Assembly (NCBI GenBank): GCA_013265495.1
Contig: MU058482.1
Location: 530,962-594,961, forward strand
Direction: 5' to 3'
DNA length: 64,000 nt
Source: Vicugna vicugna
Lineage: Eukaryota
The position numbers and the translations under genes were made by a program. The notes under the pieces were generated by a model that was not told where the DNA came from, searched no databases, and saw only the letters and a list, made by a program, of their open reading frames with translations. Below are positions 12,406 through 25,445 of this stretch, piece after piece (position 1 is the first letter of the stretch; every line of letters begins with the position of its first letter).

Positions 12406-13513
12406 TGACATTTCCAACTTACCCTCCTGAGTCATTTAAGCAAGTCCTTAGGTAAGCTTACTGTCCCCTCACCTCCATCATGGAAGACCTCTTACACTTT
12501 TCCTACCTTCTGATTCAGCTCCATTTGCTAGTTATGACCTCACCAAAGATAAAATATTTTGGATGTTTCAGGCCCATCTGGAGGTCCATCAAATGGATCT
12601 CCTCAATCTTTTCACTCTGGCCCTGAGTAGCAGATGGGAAGTGGAGATATTTATTCTTGCTGCAGGCCCTTATTTATGTCTCCAATAGCCAATGGCATGG
12701 GACATGCTGAACTAGTTTACCATCAAGTTCTTGGGTGCTATTTTTTTTTCATCTCATTGGTACAATATGAGCATTCAGGTGAAGGGGATGTGGTCCACGG
12801 GTGAGTGGCAGAAAAGTAAACATGTTGGGATCATGGGCACTGAACAATCTTTTGGATGAACATGTTTTTGTCTCAACCCAGGAATCTGCCCGTCTGCAGA
12901 TCGATTTACCAGTCCACATGTAGTAAGTTTGAACTTGGAAGATGTCTGAGATTCATTTGGGACCATTAGCTCAAACGCCACTTCAGAACCATCACTGGAC
13001 TGGTTCAAGAAACCTGAATTCTTACTTAAACTGGCCATGTGATCTTGGGTCCCCTGGATCTTATTGTTCTCATTTGCAAAATGGGGAGGGCAGGATGAGA
13101 TGATCTCTGAGGTCAGTGGATACAATCTCTTGTAACATGATTTTATGAATATCTACTGAAAGAGCCTAACGCTATGGGTGTGAAGTTTCACCTTGTGCTA
13201 AATGCCATGGCCCAGGCAGGAATCTGTACTCATTCACACCAATCAGTTTATGTTGTAAATGTGTAACTTCAACTAAGTTTCTATACAAAAACCATAGAAA
13301 GTGACAACTGTGATGTTTTCCCACTGTAACCAATCCATTGGAAAGCCGTGGACCACCACTGGTGGTAGTTCTGTGTAGAGGAAGACAAACTAGGAAATGG
13401 AGCTGAATCAGAGGGTGGGAAAAGTGTAAGAGGTCTTCCATAATGGAGGTGAGGACAGTAAGCTTACCTAAGGACTAGTTTAAATAACTTGGGAAGGGAA
13501 GTTGGAAATGTCA
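12406..13513. repeat. Inverted repeat pair, ~125-bp arms at 12406-12533 and 13388-13513
   Basis: Left arm tgacatttccaactt...gtccttaggtaagcttactgtcc...tggaagacctcttacacttttcc...ctgattcagctccattt is the near reverse complement of right arm aaatggagctgaatcag...ggaaaagtgtaagaggtcttcca...ggacagtaagcttacctaaggac...aagttggaaatgtca. Confidence 0.9.
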
Positions 13514-16500
13514 CTAGAGCCCCCTCTCTATCAACTGCTGTGATAGTTGAACCCTTTGGAAAGGAGCAGGTAAGGGGCCACCACAAGTTAGAGGCCCTAG
13601 ATTTTCTGCCTTCTTTGCATATCTTTGGATTTATGGAGGGTAGAGATGAGGAAAAAAACCCTTAAGTGGTCTTAACAGAAACACTCAAAAGCCTTTTCTT
13701 TCCCCCTAACTGAAAGCATTGACTCCCACCCTATCCCGCTCCAAATTACCTCACCAAGAGAAAGGGACGCATAGTGTCTTTTTTGCCTGACCTTGAACCT
13801 TAGCTTATCTACTCTTGGCTAAGAACTTTTTTTGGCAAGGAGAGGCTGAGGAGGGTTTTGGCCTCCTTTGTTTAAGTCCTTTGTTCTTCTGTCGCAGAAG
13901 TCAGGCCTGCTCCATCCATCACATGTTTGGCCACTCAATGTTTCACATCACAGTAATAAATGTAAATGATAACATCTTTCAGGCTCTTCCAACATGCCAG
14001 CCACTGTACTATGTGCTTTGTGTATGGTGTCACATTTAATCTACAGAATACTCTATGAGGTAAGTTTCTTTTGTATAGATGAGGAAATTCCAGTCTAAGT
14101 CAAGAGGACTTTCCATCAGGGTGTATATTTCCATTATCAGAAGACATCATTGCTTACCTCCCCTCTTGTGAACTGTGGACTTCCTACAGGGCCTCATTAG
14201 CAATGTTTTATCATAAAGCCCTCATGGCTTCTTGGATGCTCCCAAGCTTACTTACTGGCTTTGGAGTCCTGCACAGGAAAACATACTGGAAAGAGCTGTG
14301 ACTGCTCTTTCTATCCCTCCATGGTGGAATAAGGGTAGGAGGAGGACTTTAAAATGAGGATCTGAAGTCTTCAAAGCCCTTTTGGAGGCCCAGTTGTGCA
14401 GGAGCATAGAAGCAATGTGATAAAATGGGCCAGGGCTCTTCTCAAAGAGACGGCTCCCTGGATGTTGCTGCTATCAGTATGTTTTCTGTTGCTGTAGCTC
14501 TAAGGTCATCCCCTAGAGCCACAGAAACTACACAGAGGGCCATCTGGATCAATGTGAGGGAAAGGGTCCTAGTCTCAGGGGCATTTCTTCTTCATACTCC
14601 CTGCCCTTGAGATCAAGACCCTTCTCTTCACATTGACTCAACTGGCTGTCTTCATAGTGTCTGTGGGTCATTTTCTTCAGAGTGAAGACTTTGGGGAAGA
14701 TGTAGAAAAGTCTCCTACCTATTCCACCTCAGATAGTCTCGCTCCTAGGAAAGCAAGCTCACAGTAGCTCCAGTTCTTTGGTTACTTTTTTGCTGGACTC
14801 CATCTGTGCTCCTTAGATCCAGGTTGAAACAATTTCTTTAGAGCTATCTACACGAGGCTGGGCAATACTCCCCAGGACTCCCTCCTCGCCTCTCCAAGCC
14901 CCCACCCCCAGCAACAGAAATCTCGTAACTAAGTCTCCCTTTCTCCCTTGTCAGCCATCTAGTAGGAAGGTATCAAGGTTCAGCCAGACTTGCTAGTTGG
15001 CCCAAACCCATTATTCATTTTGGACCTCAGCTTCGGCTTTTGAAAGACTGAATAGCCAAAGACTTATTTCAACATAATTCCTGGATTTTCCCTGAACTTG
15101 GCTGTGATCAAGATCATGTGAAGGAATGGGTGACTGTCAAATCTAATCAGTTAAAGAAAGCATCGGTATAAAAACAAGGCAGGGTCATTTGGGTTCACTG
15201 TTGATATCTGAATAATCGCATTCAAACATTGGTGAGCACTCTAAATGTACATGGAAGTGAAATTTTCCTTATGAACTTTAAAAAATGGTGAAATTCTATC
15301 AGTCAGTGGATATCTGTCAGAAATATCATATTCTTATATCAGCATATTTATTATTTTAAGAAAAATGCTGTAATAATGGTTGTGAAAGCTTTTATTATAT
15401 ACAAAATAATTTTACATTTTCACAGTTCAAAAATAGGTAAATTAGTTGACAGTTATGTTAACAGAAAGTATGTACTAGCTAGACAACTTTAGGAAGAGCC
15501 TTATATAATTTTTGAGCTAAAAGTATTAATAACAATTTAATAAATACTGCAAATAGTATTTACTTCAACAAATAGCACAAGGCAGAACCATATTAATTAG
15601 ATTATATTGTGATTCCATGATTTCATTGTATTAAAATCTTTGTGAATTGATGTATTAGCATTTATTATGTTAAATAAAATAATCCTTAAGAACTATAGTT
15701 TTTAGGAGGATTTTCAAATTGAGGTGTAACAGGCATACAGTAAAGTACACACATCTTAAGTGTACAGCTCAAAGGGTTTTTCACAAAGTAAACATATCCA
15801 GATCAAGAATAAAACTGTTCAATGTTCTGCAGTCCTTTCTTTTCATCATCCCTCCCCTACCTTCTCTCCTCAGCATCTTGAACCACCCAGCCCACCTATC
15901 AGGACTCTGCCTACAGATTTATACTCTAGCCTCCTCATAAACATTGCTCTAGCAGAAGAAAGCCCTCCAGGAGAATTGAGTGGGGCATTTGCCTTGGTCT
16001 TCGTGTTTGCCAAAGACGGGTATGACCTGACAGGGGTATTGCTACTATTATTGCCATTGCTACTACTAGCTATCACTATTGAGGCCTACCAGTGCCTCGG
16101 GCTGACTAAGGCTTCATAAATGTCATTTCTAAATCTTCCTGTAATCCTGTTGGGTAGGTGGTATTATTCCCATAAATGGAAACATAGTTGCAAAGAGGTT
16201 CAGTAGTTTTTTCCAGGTCATGTAGCCATGAAGGACCGAGTCAAGATTTACACTCAATTTTATCTGGCTCCAAAGATTACTCTGACCCTGGGAAGGAATA
16301 AAAGAGCACAGGGGTGTAGGGGAGGGACTGGTAGAGAGTAGACTCCCCGGATGAGAAGGGAAAGTCTAACAAGGCAGTATCTGGGCGCTGAGGTAGGGGG
16401 GCGGGGCGTGGGCGTGGGGCGGAGTGCAGTTTGTCTGGGACTGAGGTTCAGGAAGAGAGAAGGCGATGGTGTCGGTCAGGGCTGCAGGCAATGCCAGGCG

Positions 16501-17094
16501 GGGGCTGGGGGTGGGAGGCTACCAAGACTGAGCCAACGTAAAGCCGAAGCTTCTCCAGTTCTGCTCGCCAGTGAAGGAGAAATGGTGTCTGCAGCCCAGG
16601 GGATAGGTAGATGGCATTTCCACATCTCAACCCCTCGGGCCTGGGGCGGACTGCCAGAGCAGAGAGCCAGGGAAGCACCGAGGCAAGAGAGATCATTATC
16701 GGGAGGAAGGAAGCTCTGGCAGCTCCCATCAGCTTGTTTGTGACAAGCAGGCACCGGGCCACGGAAGTCCCTTGAGGTCAAGAGAAATGTGATCCTGGAG
16801 CAGAGGGATGAAGCTGGGACACTCCCCTGACACTCTGCTTTCAGACCTAGGCGATCAAGCCAGAGGCAGGCCCAGGGCCCAGGACAGAAGAGCAGTGGGC
16901 TAGAGAAGGAGGGGTGCAGAGAGGCAGAGAGAAAGAGCGCGCCAAGACCCCTGGAGCACCTCAGAAACAGTCTCTTGGCTAGAGAGGTAATGACCTTTAC
17001 TGCAGCCAACTCTTCAGAGCTCTCTGTACATTTCTTCATGGGTGAACTCTTACCTAGTTCCCCTCTTGTCCCTGCAGAGGGCTCTCATTTTTCG

Positions 17095-17320
17095 GCCAGT
17101 GGTAAAGGAGAAAGCGCACTGTATTTAGAGTAAGGAGACCTAGTTTCAAGTCCAAGTTCTGCTACTAACCAACCTGACAAGCCCTTGAATTAATTAAGCT
17201 TTCTGAAATCTCAACTTCCTCATCCCTGAAGAAGGCAAGTAATTCCTGTCAAGTCCGTCTCACGAGGGACTCACGTGGATCCAGCATGAAAAGCATGAAA
17301 TGCTATGTAAATACAAGGCG
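17095..17320 (+). mobile_element. MIR SINE remnant
   Basis: agacctagtttcaagtccaagttctgctactaacc...tctcaacttcctcatc. Boundaries approximate. Confidence 0.6.
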
Positions 17321-17781
17321 GTGCTTCTTTGTCATCTTTCCTTCCAGCCGCCTCTCTGCACACAGGCCACCTCACTACTGGGTCAGAGCTGGGGAAGAGG
17401 CCTCATTTAGGGACAAAAAGAGCTCTTTCCATAAATCCCATGCACTCCTTTTCCATTTCTTTCCTCCTCTTGTCACGCTGCCACCAGAAGATGGGGCAGG
17501 GGAGAGACATATGAGGCACAGATCCAGGAACCTGCACCCCTAAGCTTGCTCAGCCCCTCTCTTGGGGATAAGCTCCTGGGAAAGACCATCTCTTCTGGAG
17601 CCGAGCCTACTAAAGTTTCAACCTCAACACCCCTACCCCCAACCCCCATCCTCTCAGAGGAGCCTGAGCTAGGAAGGGCCCCAAGAGATGTCAGAAGAGA
17701 GCCTTCTGGGAAAAGGAGGAGTGGTCCAGAGGCCTGGAGAGGGAATTCAGGCACAGCCCAAGCACAAGGAAGGCTAGAAAC

Positions 17782-18252
17782 CTAAAGGACTTTGTCCAAG
17801 TGCACGGGAACCAGCTTCAAGTGTCCAGAATCCCCTTTCTGGGGAGGGTCACAGGCCACGATGTAAGGAGCCACCAGTTGCTTCTCTTTGTACCTGCAGT
17901 TTGGGTACCGGCCAGAGGTGAGCTTACACGTAGTCAGGGATGCAGGTTTCTGGCTCTGGTGGCAGTTTTTATGGCCATTCTTGCAGGCTGTGATGGGGGT
18001 CTGACAGGTGGCAGCCACGCTGGAGAAGGATTCATGCAGGAAGGTGTTGAAGCCTTTGCAGTGTCTGGAGTACTTGTTGATGTTGTCCATGGCAGCGCTG
18101 CATCTCTTAGGCCTGGGCTGCACATGCTGAGCTTCAAACCACTGAGCTGAGGTCATGTGACTGGGCTTGGCACTGACTGGGTCCTCCACCACCCAGAGCC
18201 CCAGCAGCAGGAGCAGAAGCAGAGGGTAGAATCCTGCTCTGGCTGGTGCCAT
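17782..18252 (-). CDS. RNASE7: Ribonuclease 7 (antimicrobial RNase A family), 156 aa, single coding exon
   Basis: Signal peptide [20 protein letters not shown]. Catalytic His (QHVQP), Lys (CKGFNTF) and His (VPVHLDKVL) are intact, with 8 Cys in the mature chain. Lies next to RNASE13 as in human. Confidence 0.93.
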   Translation of the reverse strand: MAPARAGFYPLLLLLLLGLWVVEDPVSAKPSHMTSAQWFEAQHVQPRPKRCSAAMDNINKYSRHCKGFNTFLHESFSSVAATCQTPITACKNGHKNCHQSQKPASLTTCKLTSGRYPNCRYKEKQLVAPYIVACDPPQKGDSGHLKLVPVHLDKVL

Positions 18253-18803
18253 CTCTCTTAGGGGGAACTGTCAGAATGGAGGGCTGGGGTTGCTGGGGAC
18301 AGAGAACAGGAGGTGGGAAATGAGCCTTCCTATACCTGCTCCTTCTAGCTAATCACCATCTCCCTCTGCCACTGTCTCCTTCCTCTCTCACCCTGTGTCT
18401 TATCCCTCCCTTCCCCTCTGGGTGCCCACAGCCACTATGACCCCATCCCCTAACCCTATGGCTCCATCCCCCTCACCTTGTATCCCTCTCCTCCTTCGTT
18501 CTGTCCCTCTTGCCTCCCACTCTTTGTTCTCTCTCTTCTCCCTCAAGTCCCATCCCTTAGCATCCCCAGGTCCCTATATCTCCATCTCTTTCTCTGTGTC
18601 TCGTCCCCTCCATGACCCCATCCCCATCTCCTCCACATCCCTATATTGTGCCTCCATCCCCCAGCACCACTCTCCTCTCTCCCCTCCACATTGGGTCCCT
18701 CCTTTGCCCATCTTGTCATTCACCTGAGTGTCTACTCTTATCTGGCCAGAACCCATCCCTTCTCTGTCCTTTCTCCTCACCCACATCCTGTCTCAGGCCT
18801 CAC

Positions 18804-18900
18804 CTCCTCACTGAGTCCTTGTGCTGCAGCTCCTGCTCAGAGGGACATACCTGCCCACCGCTGGGCCTCAGATCTCCGGCAGTCTCTTCTCACTGCCTAA
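18804..18900 (-). other. RNASE7: Probable non-coding exon 1 of RNASE7
   Basis: Strong donor GAG|gtgagg at 18803 and acceptor ctgacag at 18268 just upstream of the ATG. RNase A genes typically have one 5' UTR intron. The 5' end is approximate. Confidence 0.5.
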
Positions 18901-19838
18901 CTCCATAAGAACTGGCCTGACCTGTGGTGCTTCTGTTTAGATGTGGGCTGGGGAGCATCCCCGGGTCAGGAAATGAATCAGGTTCATGCCTCTCCACTTA
19001 CATGTCCCCAATAAGTGGATACCTATGGAGCTAGGACACCTGCCTGAACATGTTTAGCAATGAGGAAGCATGAATCCTCACACTCAAAGACTAGATTTGG
19101 CCCCCAGCCACATGGTTTCAATGGCTAATAAAGCACCTGATCCAGGTGTCAGCTCAAAATGAATTTCTGGGACAGTTGTCATTTGTCATCTCCTATATAC
19201 ACTTCTGGTTCTGATTCTGGGAAGAACCTCTCACTGTGATGGTAAGGATTGCTTTTTTCTGACCTGAGATACAGATGGAACAGCCTAGAAACTTGCTTTG
19301 TACGGCTTCTTGTCACAAAGGACTCACTGCTTATCTTTTGGAGGAGGTGGAGGAGATAGGGAAGTGGACCAGTCATCACGGTCACGATTCCCAGCACCAG
19401 TCCAGCTCAGCTCTTCTGCAATGATTCATCCCTCTGGGTCCCTCCAGTTCCAAGGTCACCTGGCTTTACCTGGAAATGGCACCCAACACTTCTCATCCTT
19501 CACTCGATTTCCCTTGCGACTCGATTAAAATTTGCAACACTTAAAAACATTGTCTAAATATGAAAATGCTGGTGGTGGGGGTGCTGCTCCACCTCCAGCC
19601 GAGACCTTTCTCTACTTTGTCTTCCCTGTTTCCTGTGGCAGTTACAACTGTGTGGTCAGTGCTGCTTCCAGGGCACCAGTGAGCCTGGCATGAGACTCAG
19701 GAGAACTGAGATGCTGAGAAAGAGAAGCATCACTATCTGTGGATGGGAAGAACTCCTAGAAAACTGAGATGAACAGTGTTTTTGTTCCCAGGATTTGCCT
19801 GTTAGTAGTAGGTGATCTCAGACTATTGGGTTCAGGCT

Positions 19839-20400
19839 CATTCACAGAGTCAACAAATATTTCTTGAGCATCTACTATGCCCCAAGGTGCTTGGGATATA
19901 TCAGTGAATAAAAGAGACAAAATCCCCACCTTTGGAATCCTTACATTCCATTGAGAGAAAGACAGTAAAATATACATACTTTGCTCAGGGTGATAATTGC
20001 TAAGGGAAAAAAAACAAGACGGAGGTTAGTAGGCAGTGATTTTTAAATAGGGTCACTGAAGTAGGTGACTCTGGGACAAAGACCTGAAGGTGAGACAGGG
20101 AACTGATGCTTGTCTGGGGAAGAATGCTCTGAGTAGAGAGGGCAGCACTGCAAAGGCCCGAAAGCAGGTGGATGTCTGGGGTGTTGGAGGAAGAGTAAGG
20201 AGTCTGGTGTGGCTGGAGCAGGTGAATGATGGGGTCAGAGAGGGACGAGAGGCTACGTCATGGAAAGCCTTAGACCCCACTAGGACTGTGAGTTTTGTGC
20301 ACACAGTGGGGAGCCCTGGGAGGGCTCTAAGCAGAGGAGTAAAGGGCCCATCTACTGAAAGATCCCCTGGCTGTGGTGTGGATGTGACTGCTAAGAGGCC
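19839..20400 (-). mobile_element. LINE-2 3' region remnant
   Basis: tcaacaaatatttcttgagcatctactatg...cttacattcca...ggcagcactgcaaaggccc, typical of an antisense L2 3' end. Boundaries approximate. Confidence 0.7.
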
Positions 20401-21537
20401 ACGCAGACCATCTGGGTCATAAGCTTTGTGTTCTGGTCCCGAAGTCGGGATTTTGAGTCAGGAAGATAGGGAGTTTGTTCTGAGATCAGGAGACATTATT
20501 TTAGTAGACAGAGTGCATAGCTGTGGGTCAGGAAGAAAAAGTGGTGTTGGAGTGAGAAACACCACTAGGTGGCAACAGAGAACCGGGAGCGAGTTCACAC
20601 GGGCCACCGGCTGCCCTGGTTCCCCCTCAGTGAGGCCTTGGCGGTGGGAACAGCATTCATGAGTTTGTCCAGGTGCCTGAATCTTTGTAGTTTGAACTTC
20701 TGGATAGAGAATTATGCCTCTGCTGCTGTAGAAATGCAAATGTTTGGAGATAAAATCTGTGGTTTAAAGCATTCTGTGGGCAGAATGAGGATCAGCACAG
20801 TCCAGCCCTGGACCGCAGGCTGGGGTTAGAGGAGGGGGTGGGAGGCCAAGAGCTCATTTGAATTCCTAGCCAGGTCTCCTCACTTCTCATTATTCTAGAG
20901 TGAGATGTTTCCAAACCACGACCGGCACTGGCCTCTGCTCCTGTGTTTTCCTGTCTTTGTAATGATCCCAGTTTGCTCCCCAACTTCATTCTGCTGGGCT
21001 CTCCAGAAAGCTGCCTTAGTGCTCTGTGAAAGTAAAATCAACACGGCTGGGCTGTCTCCGGTCAAAGGGAAAAGGGAGTAAAGGTTCAGGTTTGCACTGA
21101 AAAGCTGACTGACCATTTGCACAACTCAAGCTGAAACCCTTACTTCGCCCTTGTTATTTGGATAAGGCAGGCAATTTTATTTGTTTGTTCGTCGAAACTA
21201 CCTAGCTTCCAAGATCTGCTTCACTTTGCACTCAGTAGGACAATTTTGCATTTCTCCTTAGACTCATAGGGCAAGAGGAAAAGTGGAGGAAGGGGAACAC
21301 AGTTAGGGAGAAGAGAAAAAATCAGGCATCAGGCCAAGGACGGTCAGAGAGTCTGGGAGAAGGGAGAACAGAAGAATTGGAGAAGGCAGAGCAGAAGACA
21401 AAATGTTGGGAGAGAAGAAAGCCCCTCACGGGGCAGCCTCTATCCAGGGATATGAGGCAGGTTCCCCCAGAGTCCTTCTCCTTCTGCCATCATAATTACT
21501 GCTCTTGGCCTCGCCTCGCCTCTCCCCAGGCCGCTGC

Positions 21538-21560
21538 TGTGTGTGTGTGTGTGTGTGTGT
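21538..21560. repeat. (TG)n microsatellite
   Basis: Seen directly. Confidence 0.85.
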
Positions 21561-22139
21561 TTAAAGTCACTGGGGTGGGTGTTGTGAAAGCTTCAACAGT
21601 GCCAGGTGGACCTCTGCCGGTCTTCCCCACAGGACAACAGCTGCTGCCTCCTCCAGCCCGTGTTGGGTGGGGGTGAGGGGGGCTGGGAGAGAGGAGGGCC
21701 AGCCTGGATCGGTGCCCACCCTTCAGAGCCCAGCCTCCCTCTCTTCCGGAGTTCCACACAGCCTCTCTGGATGCGGATGGAAAGCCCGTGAGAGTTTCCC
21801 TCCAAGCAGGAGCAGGTCCAAGTTCTCTTATCCTCATTTGCTTGCTCCCAGGATAAATAAAGGTAACCGGCTCATTTTTGTAGATGAGGAAGGTGGAACA
21901 AACAGCAAGTTGGGATCAGATGTGGAACTCGCTTTGGGTCTTTGAATTCTCATGACCTTTCCTGGAACAGCTGTGGGTCTAGAGGAGGCAGCACTGACAG
22001 AAGGTTGGAATCCTTGGCTCCCAGACCAATGCCTCTTAGACAGGCCAGGATGTAGAAGCGGGGGACCTGGTCTGGGGTTGAGAGGCCTCACCAGGTCACT
22101 CTGTCTCACAAGCCACTGCCAGCTCCCCATTTGTCTACA

Positions 22140-22600
22140 GAACAAAATATAAATTCCTTAGCCTGCTATTCAAGGTCTGTCACCATCTGGCAAACCTGTC
22201 TTTCCAACTTTGACTCTTCTCCCACTGATTGCTTCAACCCCAGCCAGGCTGGTTTTTTTCTCTTTACTCAAACATACCTTTCATAACCCTCTTTATCTCC
22301 ACTCAACTCTGTTTCCTGAGACCCATCCTAAAGTCCCAGGATGACCCTCTCCCCGCCAGAAAACTTTCTCTGGCCCAATTCAGAGGGATCTCTCTCACCT
22401 CTAAATTCCTAAAACACTTACTGTCTTCAGGATGTATAATTTTCTGCCTTGAATCATTGGTTATTTCTTCACATGTATTTATTGTTTTCCTCCAATTTAG
22501 ACTGTCAATTCCCAGAAGACAAGGACCACCTGTTATATGTCTTCTGCATACTCCATAGAATATAGCATAGTGCTTTGCATATCAGTGACCCTAAACGATT
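22140..22600 (+). mobile_element. LINE-2 remnant
   Basis: aaattccttagcctgctattcaaggtc...agactgtcaattcc...tagcatagtgctttgcata. Boundaries approximate. Confidence 0.5.
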
Positions 22601-23207
22601 CAACTTCTGGGTTAGAAGGCACTCACTCTTGAATAAGCCTGGTCCCAGATGGTATCACCTGAATAGCCCCATTCCCAGCTGAGGAACTGACAGCGCAGCT
22701 CCTGAACTTTCAGCCTTGGGGTAGATGTGAACCTATGACAAGAAGTTTGAAATGGCTGAAGCAATCCTCTGAGTTCAAGGACAGCCTAAGCACTGTCCAT
22801 GGCACAGTATGCTGTTTGAACAATTTGGGTTGGACAGGGCAGAAGTGATGCGACCGAGACTGTGGTGAGCTCACTTGGGGCAAAACCTTGGGGCTCCCCT
22901 TAATCATAGGGATTTACCCCTGCACCTGTCACTCTAGCCAGTGGTTCTAGAGATTCTTACCGTTGGGGAGGGGAAGAGGGAGAGAATGTGTAGATGGCCA
23001 CCTGCAGAGAGTCACTTTTACAGGAAAAATAACAAAGATGTTTTAACGGTGGTCTACCAGTAATATTTTGCTGGTTAAAGAACCGGCACCATCACAAGCA
23101 AAGTCTAATAAAACTATTTCTAAATACTGGATATTTATCAGTGCTCTTCAATATATAAGGTATAACTAAGCCAACTCTTGCTAGGAACTCTGATTCTCTC
23201 ATTAGAC

Positions 23208-23400
23208 CAGGACTTGTCAACCTCACACAATCGACATCTTGGTCTGGATAACTGTTTGTTTTGGGAGCTGTCCTCTGCGATGTAGGATGTCTAGCAGCGT
23301 CCCTGGCCTCTACCCGCTAGATGCCAGTAGCACCTCCCAGTTGTGACAACCAAAAAAAGCCTCCAGAGGTGATCAAATTGCTCCCCGTTGAGAACCACTG
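23208..23400 (+). mobile_element. MER20 (hAT-Charlie MITE)
   Basis: Contains tgtaggatgtctagcagcgtccctggcctctacccgctagatgccagtagcacc and ends gttgagaaccactg. 8-bp TSD cattagac / aattagac (23200-23207, 23401-23408). Confidence 0.88.
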
Positions 23401-24899
23401 AATTAGACCTATGACTCAAGTAAGCCACTGTCCCTCTCTAAAACCTCGTGTCTTCATCTCTAGGGTGATTCTTGTATGTGGAAAGTCCAGTGTAATGGGG
23501 TAACAATTCCACAAATCTCAGGCTCAGGGAGCAGGTGAAACCATGACAAGGATGTCAGGATGGAGGAAGCAATCCTGTGGCTCAGCTCCTCTGGGATAGG
23601 ATTTTCCAAGACCAGACCACTAGGATTGCAGGTTGTTGGAGCCCAAAGGCCTGTCACACACTCAGCACTGTGCCTGGCCCCGTGTTTGTGCCTTTGTAAC
23701 ATATGTTCATACCCTGTCATTCCTACTGAACTGTAAATTTAATATGGACTGTAACTGGCTCATTTACCTTTCTATTTCCCCTGACATTTGTTATAGTGAT
23801 TTTCAAGTAGTATTTAGAAATTTTAAAATAACTTTAAAATAATCAACACGGGGCATGACGAATAACAGAAAGCTTCGTGAAGATGAATATAAGTCAGGTG
23901 TGAGAGAGTCTCTAGATTGGCAGAGTGGAGATACGGGGAGGTCACTTGGCTCATTAGGGGGATATAAGAGACTCTGCAGATGTTAAGTGAGTTGAAGGGA
24001 ATAAAGTGAGTTGGTATAGGACCTGGAAGACCATACCCACTTATCCACTTTTATATCATTTAGTGGTTAAAAGGCACTTCCATACTGACCATCTGATTTT
24101 ATTCTTGCAGCCTCATAAGGTAAGGCAGGCATCAGTCCCCTTTTATAGAAGATGAAACAAAATCTCAGTAGGTTATTTGATATCAAGCTCTAAACTCTCC
24201 TGTGCAACATGCTGGTCCATTTCTGTAATAGCGTGTGGGGAGGTGAGTGGTGGTGGGTGGGTAGTGAAGCAAGGAATAGGAAGGCCAAGAAGCATGAAAA
24301 GCCCCTTCCTCTTCTCAGGGAAGCTGCGCTTTGAGCAAATAGGGAAGAGGTGGCACACTCTGAGGCTGGGACCACAGAGTGATAGCTTCCTCAGAACAAA
24401 GACGTGAGTCAGCCAGGCTCAGGCACCACCTTGCACGGGCTCCCAGTGGGTGTTGGCTTATAGACCAGCCTGAGGATACAGATGAGCCACCTGCCTGTGG
24501 CTTCATCCTCACCTGCTTGGCTGGGTACACTTCCCTGGGGAGGTCCTCCAAACAGAGGCTTCTTAAACAGGACCTCTGGGCTGATCCTCCGATGGGATAG
24601 CTCAGTGGGACTGATGAGGGGAGAGCAGGAGGGGAAGAGCAGCATTCAGAGTGAGGAGACAAGAAGAGTTAGAGGTGGGGGGAGGGAGGGGCACCAAGGG
24701 GGAAGCAGGCAGGGATGGAGATGCAGTTGGAGACATGCTGGGGGCCAGGTCATGGATGTCTTCTGTCCTCTGAGGTGTAGAGCCCTTCTGGAGTTGCAGG
24801 GTGTGTGGTGCCCAGGAGAGGGGAGAGCCTGAGCAGGGGAAGAAATAGAAATGGAAGAGACAGGTTCGGGAAAAGTTTTAGTTAAGATTGGCAGGGCTA

Positions 24900-24990
24900 G
24901 GGGGTGGGTACAGCTCAGTGGTAGAGCGAACGCTTAGCATGTACAAGTCCTGGGTTCAATCCCCAGTACCTCCATTAAAAAAAAAAAATT
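24900..24990 (+). mobile_element. tRNA-derived SINE (camelid Vic-1-like)
   Basis: agctcagtggtagagcg...cctgggttcaatccccagtacctcca followed by a poly(A) tail. Confidence 0.85.
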
Positions 24991-25219
24991 AAAGGGATGG
25001 GTGCAGCCCAGCTTAACTGTGTAATGCTGAGAATCTTTGCAGCATCAGCCAGATGTGCAGCATATGTGCAAAAAAGCTAAAAATGGCTTAACACTTCCTA
25101 CTAAAAATGTATGTGAGTGGTTGATAATTAAACTTCATAAGACATCTAGGGAGTCCATACATATTTTAAAAAAAATATTGGTAGGGCTGAATACTGGTGG
25201 GCTCCTGATCATATCGAGT

Positions 25220-25445
25220 ACTCAGTATGTGCCAGGCTGTGGGCTAAGCGCTCCTGAGATGCATCTTAATGAACCTTAATACTACCACGAGACACAGAAC
25301 AGTATCCTCATTAACAGATGAGGCAATCGAAGCTCGTCCTGGCCTAGTAAACTTAGACTGGTGGTGTCCAGCCTGGAAACAGCAGAGCTGGGATTCAATT
25401 CCTGGTCTGTTTTACTCAAAAGCTTTGCTCTTAACCACCATGCAG
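25220..25445 (-). mobile_element. MIR SINE remnant
   Basis: tatgtgccaggc...acagatgaggca...gcagagctgggattcaa...gctcttaaccac. Boundaries approximate. Confidence 0.6.

Noticed and set aside
16476..17039. 187-aa minus-strand ORF downstream of RNASE7
   Set aside because: No recognisable similarity; lies in the probable RNASE7 3' UTR or flank.
17800..18150. Antisense and alternative-frame ORFs over RNASE7 (and 49668-50051 over SLC39A2)
   Set aside because: Shadows of the real coding sequences.
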